A DNA stretch of 62,567 nucleotides, the filler included, from Aduncisulcus paluster (Eukaryota): assembly GCA_024181965.1 (NCBI GenBank). It is 14 parts of 14 records of this genome, joined end to end, with 100 filler letters (N's around TTAATTAATTAA, not from the genome) between each part and the next. Parts side by side here need not be neighbours in the genome. Positions count along the whole stretch, not along the records: positions 1 to 3,704 come from BQXS01011487.1; positions 3,805 to 8,944 come from BQXS01011488.1; positions 9,045 to 12,933 come from BQXS01011490.1; 11 more parts are not named here. One strand, 5' to 3'. The position numbers and the translations under genes are program-made. Positions 1-10,111 of this stretch are shown one piece after another; the first letter of the stretch is position 1; each line of letters opens with the position of its first letter. The notes beneath the pieces are model-generated. The model saw only the letters and a program-made list of their open reading frames with translations, did not search any database and was not told the DNA's origin.

Positions 1-1751
1 CCAACAAATGGTTCAAACAATAATAATGTCTGATCATTACCTCCTTTCTCTATGACTTTCTCTTCTTCTTTGACTTTGAAGACCTTTGAACTTTGGCAAT
101 TAAAATAATAATTCATAGTCTTGGCAATAAGAATAGATTCAACGGTTGAATTATTGTTTTTTTGTTCTTTCTCAAACAATGTCTCATCCACGACTGGGCC
201 GGTAAAAGTACCGGCTGAAACCGAAGAAGAAGAAGAAGAAGAAGAAGAAGAAGAAGAAGAAGAAGAAGAAGAAGAAGAAGAAGAAGAAGAAGAAGAGAGA
301 AATGAGGAATTTGATGATGATAATTGCAATTTCTTTTTTTGAACCATTAACATACGTACTTCCTCTTCTTCACTGACAGCATTTGAGACTTTAATAGCTT
401 GAGAAACAATATATTGAGCCTTGTTGAGCTTTATGAGGGAATAAATCGGGAGAAATTGGAGCAGAAGAAGAGAAAGAGAAGAGAAATGAGCAATTGAAAG
501 TTGAAAAGGAGAAAAGAATAGCAAAACAACAGAGTCAGCTATTGAAGAAGGAGAGTGAAGAGAGAGGAGAGGAAATGAACAGGAGTTATGGGACACGGAC
601 CAATATTTCATTCGATTTGTTATACCACTATCATCCTTACAAACTTCAGTATCATCAGCAGTAAGGGTAGCAGTAAGGGTATCAGTTCCCAGTGTTTCTT
701 TCTTGGATATGCTTGTAATGTTTGTTGTAATATCTGTTGTGATGTTTGTTGTGATATCTGACTTGCACCATTTGTTCATGTATTGGCATATTTCAGAGCT
801 CCACTTCCATAACTGAGTCTCCACTGACTCAATAGAGACACAGACCGTGTTAAAACTATCAAAACAATCGAATATAATAGCCCAAGTATCAGAACTATAC
901 ACAGATATGGAAGGCTCAAAGGTAGAATATAACGAATTAAAGAGAGACTCAGTCACATTCCATAAAAGGGTAGGAGAGGTTGGGGACACGCTCTGTTGAA
1001 CGGTAATATCATCATTCTGTGGAGTATTTGCAACAGCAAGCATATAGACCACGGAGAGACGTTGAAGATGAATCGAAGACAGTGAAGTGGATTTGGAGTG
1101 CTCTGAAGCTTCTGCAAGGACTCCATCAATATATTCTTCTATTTCTAGTGGTGTAAGGGAGTAAATGGTAGAGAAATGTTTGTGAAGAAGATATTTTAAA
1201 TGGAAGAATATGGGGATTGGGAAAGATTTCTTCGAATGAAGTGGGGAGGCTAAGAAAAGGAATAATGCGATATTTGAAGGGGATATTTTCTTCATATCAA
1301 AGGATTTATCTTCAAAAATACGCTGAATTAAAGACTTTATCGACACTTCATTCTCATTGAGGGTGGAAAGTTGATAGCAGCGTTGAACGTATAAAAAGGA
1401 CAATAATGATACACATTCTAGATAATCCATGTCATTATTTGAGTAAGATATCGCCAATTCTAGGGAACGAATAACGTGAAGATGGATATATCGGGATATC
1501 GAAATAAATTGAGTATCGGAAAGACATAATACCAAGTAAACCAACAATTTATGATCTAGAATAGAATATTTTCCGGATTCAAATAGATTATGGATAAATA
1601 ATACCTTATCTCTTTCAGAATATTCATTTTTTTCCCATGCGCTATCAATTTGCTCTGAAGATGATTTACACTGAAGAGCCTTTTCACATATGGAAATTAA
1701 TTCGTCATAAGATGAGATACATGCATTTAGAATTCGGTATGGAACATACAT
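1..1751 (-). CDS. Hypothetical protein, 3'-partial (runs off the window start; absent from the ORF track)
   Basis: My translation of the minus strand is open from ATG at 1751 (MYVPYRILNACISSYDELISICEKALQCK...) to position 1 with no stop. It includes a poly-Ser run encoded by the (TCT)n tract. No domain recognised. Confidence 0.7.
   Translation of the reverse strand, partial: MYVPYRILNACISSYDELISICEKALQCKSSSEQIDSAWEKNEYSERDKVLFIHNLFESGKYSILDHKLLVYLVLCLSDTQFISISRYIHLHVIRSLELAISYSNNDMDYLECVSLLSFLYVQRCYQLSTLNENEVSIKSLIQRIFEDKSFDMKKISPSNIALFLFLASPLHSKKSFPIPIFFHLKYLLHKHFSTIYSLTPLEIEEYIDGVLAEASEHSKSTSLSSIHLQRLSVVYMLAVANTPQNDDITVQQSVSPTSPTLLWNVTESLFNSLYSTFEPSISVYSSDTWAIIFDCFDSFNTVCVSIESVETQLWKWSSEICQYMNKWCKSDITTNITTDITTNITSISKKETLGTDTLTATLTADDTEVCKDDSGITNRMKYWSVSHNSCSFPLLSLHSPSSIADSVVLLFFSPFQLSIAHFSSLSLLLLQFLPIYSLIKLNKAQYIVSQAIKVSNAVSEEEEVRMLMVQKKKLQLSSSNSSFLSSSSSSSSSSSSSSSSSSSSSSSSSVSAGTFTGPVVDETLFEKEQKNNNSTVESILIAKTMNYYFNCQSSKVFKVKEEEKVIEKGGNDQTLLLFEPFV
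223..294. repeat. (GAA)24 microsatellite; poly-Ser in the minus-strand ORF
   Basis: Perfect GAA tandem repeat read directly. Confidence 0.95.
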
Positions 1752-1954
1752 GTCACAAAAAAACTGTTTTTATGATTTGTGATACAGTGCAAGAGCAAAT
1801 TTTATTTCCTATCCATTATTTCACAATTATTTCCTCATGGAAAGTGAAATAGTATCTTCTTTTCCAGTAACTCCAATCAAACAATCCTTGTGGTTGACAG
1901 AAGAGCTTATTGTCGCTGCTGATAATAACAAGAAGTTATATTTGATTAAAATGT

Positions 1955-3704
1955 ATGTTCCATTGCCATAAAATCATAATTTTTGAATTATTTTTACCTT
2001 ATTTTGAGTGGATTATAAGTATTTTTGATGCATTTCCTAAACCATCATTTGTTATTCTTCAAACTATTTTTCATGCCGATTTCATTGCTTCGATAACATT
2101 GGAACCCAAAAATAATATTTTATCTGTTTTATGTCCTCAACATTGTGTTATAGTTTATCAACTCACTTCAAATCCTCAACCTTTCCATCTTGTAAAACTT
2201 CATTCTTTTTGCCCATTATTCTTATCTGAACCATCACATCCGCTGTCTCAATCCTTTATCATTTTCGACGATCTCATATTTCTTGCCATTGGTCACCAGA
2301 AAGTCAACAGTATCTCAATCTTTCATGTTTTTTCCGGACTCTTAGTTTGTTCTTGGACAAATCGACAAAAAACAAAGGGTTCTGTCAAAGATATCCTTTN
2401 NNNNNNNNNNNNNNNNNNNGTTATAGTTTATCAACTCACTTCAAATCCTCAACCTTTCCATCTTGTAAAACTTCATTCTTTTTGCCCATTATTCTTATCT
2501 GAACCATCACATCCGCTGTCTCAATCCTTTATCATTTTCGACGATCTCATATTTCTTGCCATTGGTCACCAGAAAGTCAACAGTATCTCAATCTTTCATG
2601 TTTTTTCCGGACTCTTAGTTTGTTCTTGGACAAATCGACAAAAAACAAAGGGTTCTGTCAAAGATATCCTTTGGCTTGATGGATATCATGGATATCTAGC
2701 CATTTTAACTGGTGATTTTCTTCGAATCATTGATTTTCGCTCTGTTTTGAGCCAATATTGCCGTGAATACAAGAAAAATAGTCAATTTATGGTTGATTTG
2801 GAAGCTGATCTTGAAATGTCGAGACATTCTGCTACTTCACCTCTTTTAGTTGAATCAATACATTCCCCATATGATACTGATGATGATGAAATATCCAAAT
2901 ATAGCCACATTGAGAAAGAACAAGAAGAACAAGAAGAACAAGAAGGTTATGATGATTATATTCTCGATGGTGTTGTTCCACGATCCTTTATTTCCTCCAA
3001 AAAAGATATCTCATTCAAACACCGACCATTCCATTCATCATCATGTCATCATTCAACTTCTATCTTTCCCATAATACTATATAATCACATTTCTTGGTCT
3101 TTTCCTCTTGAAAATCCTTCTTTAAATCAGTTTTGTAGGATTTTTTCTGTTGTTAATAGTTCATATATTCTTCTCCAACGTTTTAATCCCTTGAATTATC
3201 ATCATAATCGGTGTCAGCATAATCGGTGTCAGCAACATTTAGAAGGGTGTCGAAAAGAACCATCTTCTCGACAAGAAAAAAAGGATAAAAATAGAATTTC
3301 AGTGTATCTGGCATTTAAATCATTTGATCCAAGTATTTTCTCCTCAAAATATCCAAGTTTAGAGATATTTCAACCAGAGTCAGAGACGAATCGAACAGAA
3401 TATCAATATATTCAAAAGAAAGAAGAAGAGAAAGAAGAAGAGAAAGAGAGAAAGGAGAAGAGGAAAAGGAAGAAATATTTGAGAAGAACAAAAGAAAAGA
3501 AATTTGGGGAAAGTAAGCTAAAAATAGATCAGAAACTAAAAATAGATCAGAAGGAGTCTTGTCAATATCATCATGTATCATACACTGATTCTAAAATTAG
3601 AGATGATTCTAAAATTAGAGATGATTCTAAAATTAGAGATGATGATATATTATTAGCTGGGAAAAGAAGATCTTCCAGCTCATATGTTCCCATTCCTCAC
3701 ACAG
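1955..3704 (+). CDS. Hypothetical protein, 3'-partial; contains an assembly duplication across the gap at 2400-2419
   Basis: Long ORF with a beta-rich N-terminus, acidic/basic tracts and an 18-bp DDSKIR repeat x3. No confident domain. Confidence 0.55.
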
Positions 3705-3804
3705 NNNNNNNNNNNNNNNNNNNNNNNNNNNNNNNNNNNNNNNNNNNNTTAATTAATTAANNNNNNNNNNNNNNNNNNNNNNNNNNNNNNNNNNNNNNNN
3801 NNNN
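3705..3804. other. Artificial contig spacer (N-run, TTAATTAATTAA, N-run); 13 such spacers in the window
   Basis: The same 100-bp linker, with stops in all six frames, starts at 3705, 8945, 12934, 15892, 19203, 21964, 38536, 43937, 47040, 51072, 53495, 56363 and 59677. Sequence on either side is not contiguous. Confidence 0.97.
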
Positions 3805-4116
3805 AATATCTCGATAATAAGAATTCGAAAATAGAATGATATTGATATATTCAACAATATAATCGTCTTCTTATTATTCAATAGGTAGTTTGGAATTTTC
3901 TATCTTCTTCTCATGTTTTGAAAAGAAATTCATTGTCTATTGTAAGTCTAGAATCATATATAAATGCCAATGATTTCATTTTATACAATACCATCTTATC
4001 TTTCTCGTCAATTGATTGTCCATGTTTTATTTTATTTTTCGGCTTGAAAATGACATCAAATTGTTGGACAATGTACATAAACCATGCATGGAATTACATG
4101 AATTGTTTAAATAAGA

Positions 4117-4560
4117 TTATATATGAGCCGATGACCTTGTTTCTTCACTTCCATCATTCGTTGATGATTTTCCAGCAATATCAGCGACAGGTTGAGGTGG
4201 AATCGTGGCATGCAATAGAGATAGATCGTCAGATGTGGTCACATTTGTTTGTAGAATTGATGTGGATGAAGAAATGTCTGGTTTTTCCTGGCCAATGTCA
4301 AACCCAGCTGATGTAGATTTGTTAGAGCTGCGCGAATAAGTGCTATAAAACGATTCAACGTCAGCAGGTTTAATTAAAGAGGATTTTTCCATCCGTAACA
4401 ATTCTTCTAAACTGTCCTTTTCTCGATCGTTGTCCTTTTTCATCTTAATACGACGAATTAGACAAGTGACAAGGATAACAATAATGATTATGGCTGCAAT
4501 TTCAATACAAATGATAATGACTTTGTTATGGCTGCATGAATCACCAAACCATATTTTCTC
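4117..4560 (-). pseudogene. Orphan C-terminal fragment (EGF end, TM helix, cytoplasmic tail) of a surface-protein gene
   Basis: The frame is open from a TAA at 4561-4563: EKIWFGDSCSHNKVIIICIEIAAIIIIVILVTCLIRRIKMKKDND... WFGDSC resembles the (W/Y)(Y/F)GxxC EGF ends in the LRR-EGF genes here. There is no ATG before the TM helix. Confidence 0.5.
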
Positions 4561-4614
4561 TTATCATAAGAAAAAAATGATTTTTTGTCTAATATTTGCT
4601 AATTTTGATTACAA

Positions 4615-5561
4615 ATGGACTCTGACATTCCATTCAAAGAGTTGGAATTATTTAAAACTATTGGAATTAGGACAGTTGGACGTTGTTTCAACACACCTAA
4701 GTTAGGCTCTGTCACCATACTATGGGCGTCGTACGATAAACAATGATTATCTTGCTTTGAAGTCTGTTCACAAGAAATCCTTGATAACTTTATCTCAAGT
4801 TGACCATATTATTGATGAATTACGAGTATTAAAGGAAGTCTCCTCACATCGCTTTATTGTTTCCCTTAAAGGTTCCTATCACGATAAAGACTGTGTTCAC
4901 ATGTTGTTTTAGTTCGTTCTGGGCGGTGAGTTCTTTACATATTTAAGAAAAGCTGGGAAATTTCCCCTTGAAGCTGCTAAATTTTATGCTGCAGAGCTTG
5001 TCACAGTTTTGGAGTTTCTTCACTCCAAACGAATTGTATATCGAGACCTAAAACCTGAAAATGTATTAATTGACAAACAAGGATATATTAAGCTTGCAGA
5101 TTATGGTTTTGTTAAGAGAATTAAAGATCAAACATATACTCTTTGTGTGTGGGATTCCTGAATATCTTGCTACAGAGATTATCCGAAGTTTTGCGAGATA
5201 GATTGTTGGGAACAAGGCGGAACGTTTGGGCAGTGTGCGTGCCTCAGAGGTTCTGAAACATCCCTGGTTCAAAGTGTTACGGATGGTACACAAAGGAGTC
5301 GAATGGAGATGGCTGAGAATACGGTTAGTAAGACCTCTAAACTGTACTCCAATCATTCCAAGGGTTAAAAATGCCGGAGATACGTCCAATTTCGATGATT
5401 TTGCTGAGGATGATTCTGCCTTGTTGATTCATTCTCTCCCAAAGTCAGCTCTTAAAGGTTGCAAATGTCCCTATTCAAAAGAGACCTTGGCCAAGGCTTG
5501 GAGAAGATATGGGGCGAATAATTCGACATGTAATATATTTGTTTTAAATTTTATTTATTAA
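4615..5561 (+). pseudogene. Decayed PKA catalytic-subunit-like (AGC) kinase
   Basis: Recognisable pieces are [87 protein letters not shown] (frameshift) [23 protein letters not shown] and the AGC tail PIIPRVKNAGDTSNFDDF. Lesions: in-frame TAG at 4910-4912, two frameshifts, a mutated Gly loop and loss of subdomains IX-X. Confidence 0.9.
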
Positions 5562-5896
5562 TATATTAATTGACAGTATCATACTTGTATATATCGTAAA
5601 AGAAACTCCTGAAGAAACCACATCTCGTGAAGCAAGATAGAAACTATGGTTTGAAGCTCCAGTTGTGAAACAAAAGTTCTCTCGTTGTGTTGTATTCTCT
5701 CGTTTTTACTGAACACGGGGAAATCGTTGCTGTGAACGATTTTATCATGTGATTCTCATGTCATGGAAGCCATGTGATTCTCATGTCATGGAAGCATTTC
5801 AAAGATGATATTGTCTCTGATTTGAACAAGCAAAATGATGATGGCCACCAGCATAACCTTGTTATGGATTAGTAAATTTTGCGTAGTATAACACAA

Positions 5897-6112
5897 TGTT
5901 AGTATGATGGTATTACAATGTTGTTTATTTATTATTGACAGAAACTATTATTATTATTTATTATTTTGAAGTTATCATCTTATTATATTAAAGGATTAAG
6001 AATGTTTTATTTTTTGGTTCCGGTTTGGTTTCAAATCCAAAAACTGGGAATTTATATTTTATTTCAAAATAGTAAATTTGCTCCAAGCATAAATTCTGTA
6101 GAACAGCTAACA
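5897..6112 (+). mobile_element. Solo LTR (216 bp) with a 4-bp target-site duplication ACAA
   Basis: TGTTAG...CTAACA termini; matches 9259-9474 with no difference I could find; ACAA at 5893-5896 and 6113-6116. Confidence 0.9.
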
Positions 6113-6552
6113 ACAACCTGACATTACTAGACTAGTAGAAAACATTATTCAGGAAAAGACTGATGACTTCTCACTGAGGAGTCCTCAGCTAGAAATCCAA
6201 AATTAAAAAGAGTCTTACTCAAATCGATAAGAAAATTGATTTATTATTCAGAATAAATTGGATAGGCGCTTCATTTTAGTAGAAAACTTAAATTTACACA
6301 AGTCAAGCATGGAATTATTCATGAATCGTTTTAAATAGATAATATCTAAGATAGTGAACGATTATTTCATGAGATTCCAGAGATGGAGTAAGAGAGACTG
6401 TTCAAACAAGCCGATGAATCATCTTGTATTGTCTCAATGTAATGAACTGGGACAAACTTGTAGATCAATCTATGATATGAATATATAAATAATAATATAA
6501 ACACATGTCATTATATTATCAGTATAGTACAGTATAGTACAGTATATTGAAA

Positions 6553-8944
6553 TCATGCAGAAGTGTGACGTTTCTTAATTTCTGACCCGTTTGCTGTCTT
6601 CTTCTTTGCTCGTGTGGACGAATGATGTGTGGTTGATCTATGTCCAAAATGCGACTTGCTAGTCAAATCTCTTCGAGGAGATTGGAAAGATCTCGGAGAA
6701 GCTGCTGTTCGAAGCGTTGAAGAAGAGAAAAATTTTGATGATGAGAACATTCGATCAATGACAGCCTGGGCTTCTTCCCGTTTCTCTTGTGATGAAGAAG
6801 ATGCCACTTCTTCTTCCTCTTTCTTTTTAATACTAATTGGGGATATATGATCACTCCGCTTGGCTGATGGTTCAAGTTCATCAATGGAAAAGGAAGGACC
6901 ATCTCCAATAACAGTGGCAACACTTTCCTGAGATAAAGTGGAAGGAGAATGGTGCTTATTCTTAATAATCCCAGCCGATGGGTTATCATCCTGTTCTTTC
7001 TCATCGATTCTATTTTTAGTTAAATTCTGAGTAGTTAATGATGTTGTTGTTGATGCTCTGAGAGACTCTGCTCGTTGTTCTTCAAGTACTTTTTTCTTCA
7101 GAACATCCCTCACACGACCTCTTTCGGCAACACTAAAGAGCATTCTAACAGGGATTGTAAATTTAAATCTATTCTTCTTACTTCCTTTAATGACAGCTCC
7201 AACCCTTTGAGCAGCTGTATCAAAGGTAGAAATCAAGCTCTGACGTTCCTCAAAGCGTGCATATGCCACAGACAACTGTTTCTGTGAGAGAGTCAAAGCA
7301 GAGGGTGGTAAGAGAAGTAGAGAGGATCGAGTCGAGGAAATGAGCTCCATTTGCTTTGTCCACGTCCTGTACCGTTCTGTTTCGGCCAAAAACGATAGAG
7401 ATTCGAATCTATTTTTCTTGAATGAGGTATAAATGTCATGATAATCGTCAGGAACATCTTTCAATGATCCATTAGAAGAAGAAGAAGCGATAATTGCTTT
7501 ATCAACCTCAGTATCAGCAATAAAACCCCAAGCTTCCTTTCTCTCTCTCTCTTCCTCTTGTTTTTCAAGATATAACCCTATCTTACGTGATTTTTCAAGA
7601 GCGGAAGTGTAAATTTCCTGCTGTCGATCATATTTCTGACGCATTCGATGTAACCTTTTTCTAATTTTAGATACATTTGTCTTGCTACTGAGAAACTCTA
7701 TCGAACAACGAACACAAGTATCGACATATTTCTCAAACCTAACCATATCGTTTGAGTAAGACGTAATCATAGCCTTGAGAGCATTCACAAGACCTGCAGA
7801 AGTGCAAGATATATCTCCAATCTGCACGTACGGCGAGTGAGATGTCAACAGAGTGTGTGAGAAAGAAGATGAAGGAGAAGAGAAAGGCATCGAGGGGTGG
7901 AGAGAAGAGAAACCAAGAGGGTTGGTCTTCTTCAGCAAGGATGAAGAAGGGAAAGGAGAACTGGCAGAAGCTGGCAAGGGTGACATCTGATGGAATGTAT
8001 TGTGTGTTGGAAGAGGACGAGCCAAGAAAGAGGAAGAGAAAGAGGAAGATGATATCTGTGAACTTGATGCGTGTCGTCCATCATGCTTTCTTTCATTACT
8101 GGGCGTACCTATCTGTCCGAATGAGGGAGAATGAGAGGAGAACGCAGATGATGTATCTTTCTTGGAATCCAAGGAAGAAGGAGAAATATGAGAAGATTTC
8201 GGAGAGGTGGAATTGTCAAAGGATCTCATTTCCATTGACGATGACGGCATTCCACCAGGAAGAGACTCGGAATGTGAAGGAAGAGCAAAGCCAACTCGAC
8301 GTGCTTGAGCTTGTGAACGACTCTTCTCCTCCTCTTTTTCTCTATCGTACGATTCGAATATTTTCCCCCTCTCTTCTTCATCCTTCAAAGCTCTCTTAAG
8401 AACGGCAGTAACATCATCGTCCGTCTCAATAAACCTTCCATCTTGAAGTGTAGTACCTTCATGACGTACAGCAAGAGCAGTGAATGCTTCTCTCTCTCTC
8501 TCAGAATGGGTCTGCAGATGTGTATGGGTGTGTGTATAAGCTTTCAGATGCGAGTGAGTTATCCTGGACTTAAGTTCACTTCTAGCTGTACCAAGAGAAC
8601 TCCTTGTGCCACGACCTTGCCGAGAAAAGGAAGAAAAAGACGAGCCTCCACTTCTTTGTTGAGATGAATGTTGAGCACGCATTTGTGCATATGTTTTCCG
8701 ACCTGATGTTGGATATGTCTTACCTTTAGCTTGATTTCCAACAATGCCTTTTAGACGTAGCAAAGGATTAATCTCCATTACAGGGATATCCACAATATTT
8801 GAATCTTGGGCAACAACTGTACCATCGACACATTTCTCTTCCTGTTGTTCTTGCCTTTCCATTCCTTCATGTGTGAGATCAACAGGAATATCACGTGTGC
8901 CATCAATTCCCATGGTTTCTCTCTCTCCATCAATGGCACTGCCA
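6553..8944 (-). CDS. Hypothetical Ser-rich, coiled-coil protein, 5'-partial
   Basis: ORF of more than 786 aa open to the contig edge; low-complexity Ser tracts and a helical centre. Confidence 0.7.
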
Positions 8945-9044
8945 NNNNNNNNNNNNNNNNNNNNNNNNNNNNNNNNNNNNNNNNNNNNTTAATTAATTAA
9001 NNNNNNNNNNNNNNNNNNNNNNNNNNNNNNNNNNNNNNNNNNNN

Positions 9045-9474
9045 GGTACAGACAAATGGGAACCATTACCAAAGGTTATTGGAACATTACCATTAGAGAA
9101 ATTTATTATCTCGCACCCGGAATTAATATATCGAATTGCTGAGCAAGGTTCGAAATATAAAATTAAAAGAAAACCTGGTAGGAAAAGGAAAGGATAGTCT
9201 GATTAATGGAAAAAAAACAATCATCATAATACGAGAATTATAAAAAGAAAGAAGGTAGTGTTAGTATGATGGTATTACAATGTTGTTTATTTATTATTGA
9301 CAGAAACTATTATTATTATTTATTATTTTGAAGTTATCATCTTATTATATTAAAGGATTAAGAATGTTTTATTTTTTGGTTCCGGTTTGGTTTCAAATCC
9401 AAAAACTGGGAATTTATATTTTATTTCAAAATAGTAAATTTGCTCCAAGCATAAATTCTGTAGAACAGCTAACA
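9045..9474 (+). mobile_element. 3' end of an LTR retrotransposon: integrase/chromodomain-like tail, polypurine tract (PPT) and 3' LTR
   Basis: 9045-9197 reads GTDKWEPLPKVIGTLPLEKFIISHPELIYRIAEQGSKYKIKRKPGRKRKG* (WEP motif). The PPT AAAAAGAAAGAAGGTAG directly precedes the LTR at 9259-9474, which matches the solo LTR at 5897. Confidence 0.8.
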
Positions 9475-10111
9475 GTATCTCATCCAAATTCAGCATCTAC
9501 AGTGTAGATTCTACACCGAGATTTATTCTATTCCATCGATATGAGAGTCTTGCATGTCAGATTGAAAATTCCATAAAAGATAACCCATCTAAGCCTCAAA
9601 ATCTGAAGAAAATCATCATTTTTGCTCAGAGAAGTTTCGCAATGAATAAAAATACTTCAATAAATATTTAAAACAGTATAAAATTAAGAGATATACTGAA
9701 ATTGTCATAGATAAATAAATAATGAGCAAAATAAAGATGGATATTTATAGATAATGAGAAAAATAGAGAATCACATAACACCAGAAAGAGGAAGGATTAA
9801 ATATAACCGATAAACGATTATTTATAAGACTTAAAAATTGCTAATTTGCCTATAAATCAAAATCAAAAAGAAATCTCTCACAAGTTAAATCAATGACATC
9901 TAAACAAGAGAGAAAAATATAACAAATAATAATCAATCGAAAAATATTGACAAAATAACCATAACTAGATAAAATTAAAACTTAAAATAATCTCATATTA
10001 ATCTAAGAATACATTTCTTGCTTAAAAAGGCATAATTCAGATTTTTTAAAAACATAACAAATTGTTAAAACAACTTAATAAAAAACACTGTACAACACAT
10101 ATTCATTCAAT

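Noticed and set aside
3729-3740. Recurring TTAATTAATTAA as a biological repeat or CRISPR-like array
   Set aside because: It is always centred in fixed-length N runs, so it is an artificial linker. Gene neighbourhoods across these spacers mean nothing.
4910-4912. In-frame TAG in the kinase as stop-codon reassignment or readthrough
   Set aside because: The same gene also has frameshifts and a deletion, and intact genes here end in TAA, TAG and TGA.
9255-9478. GTAG/GTAT as a target-site duplication
   Set aside because: The match is imperfect and the upstream side is the PPT, so this is a 3' LTR rather than a solo LTR.
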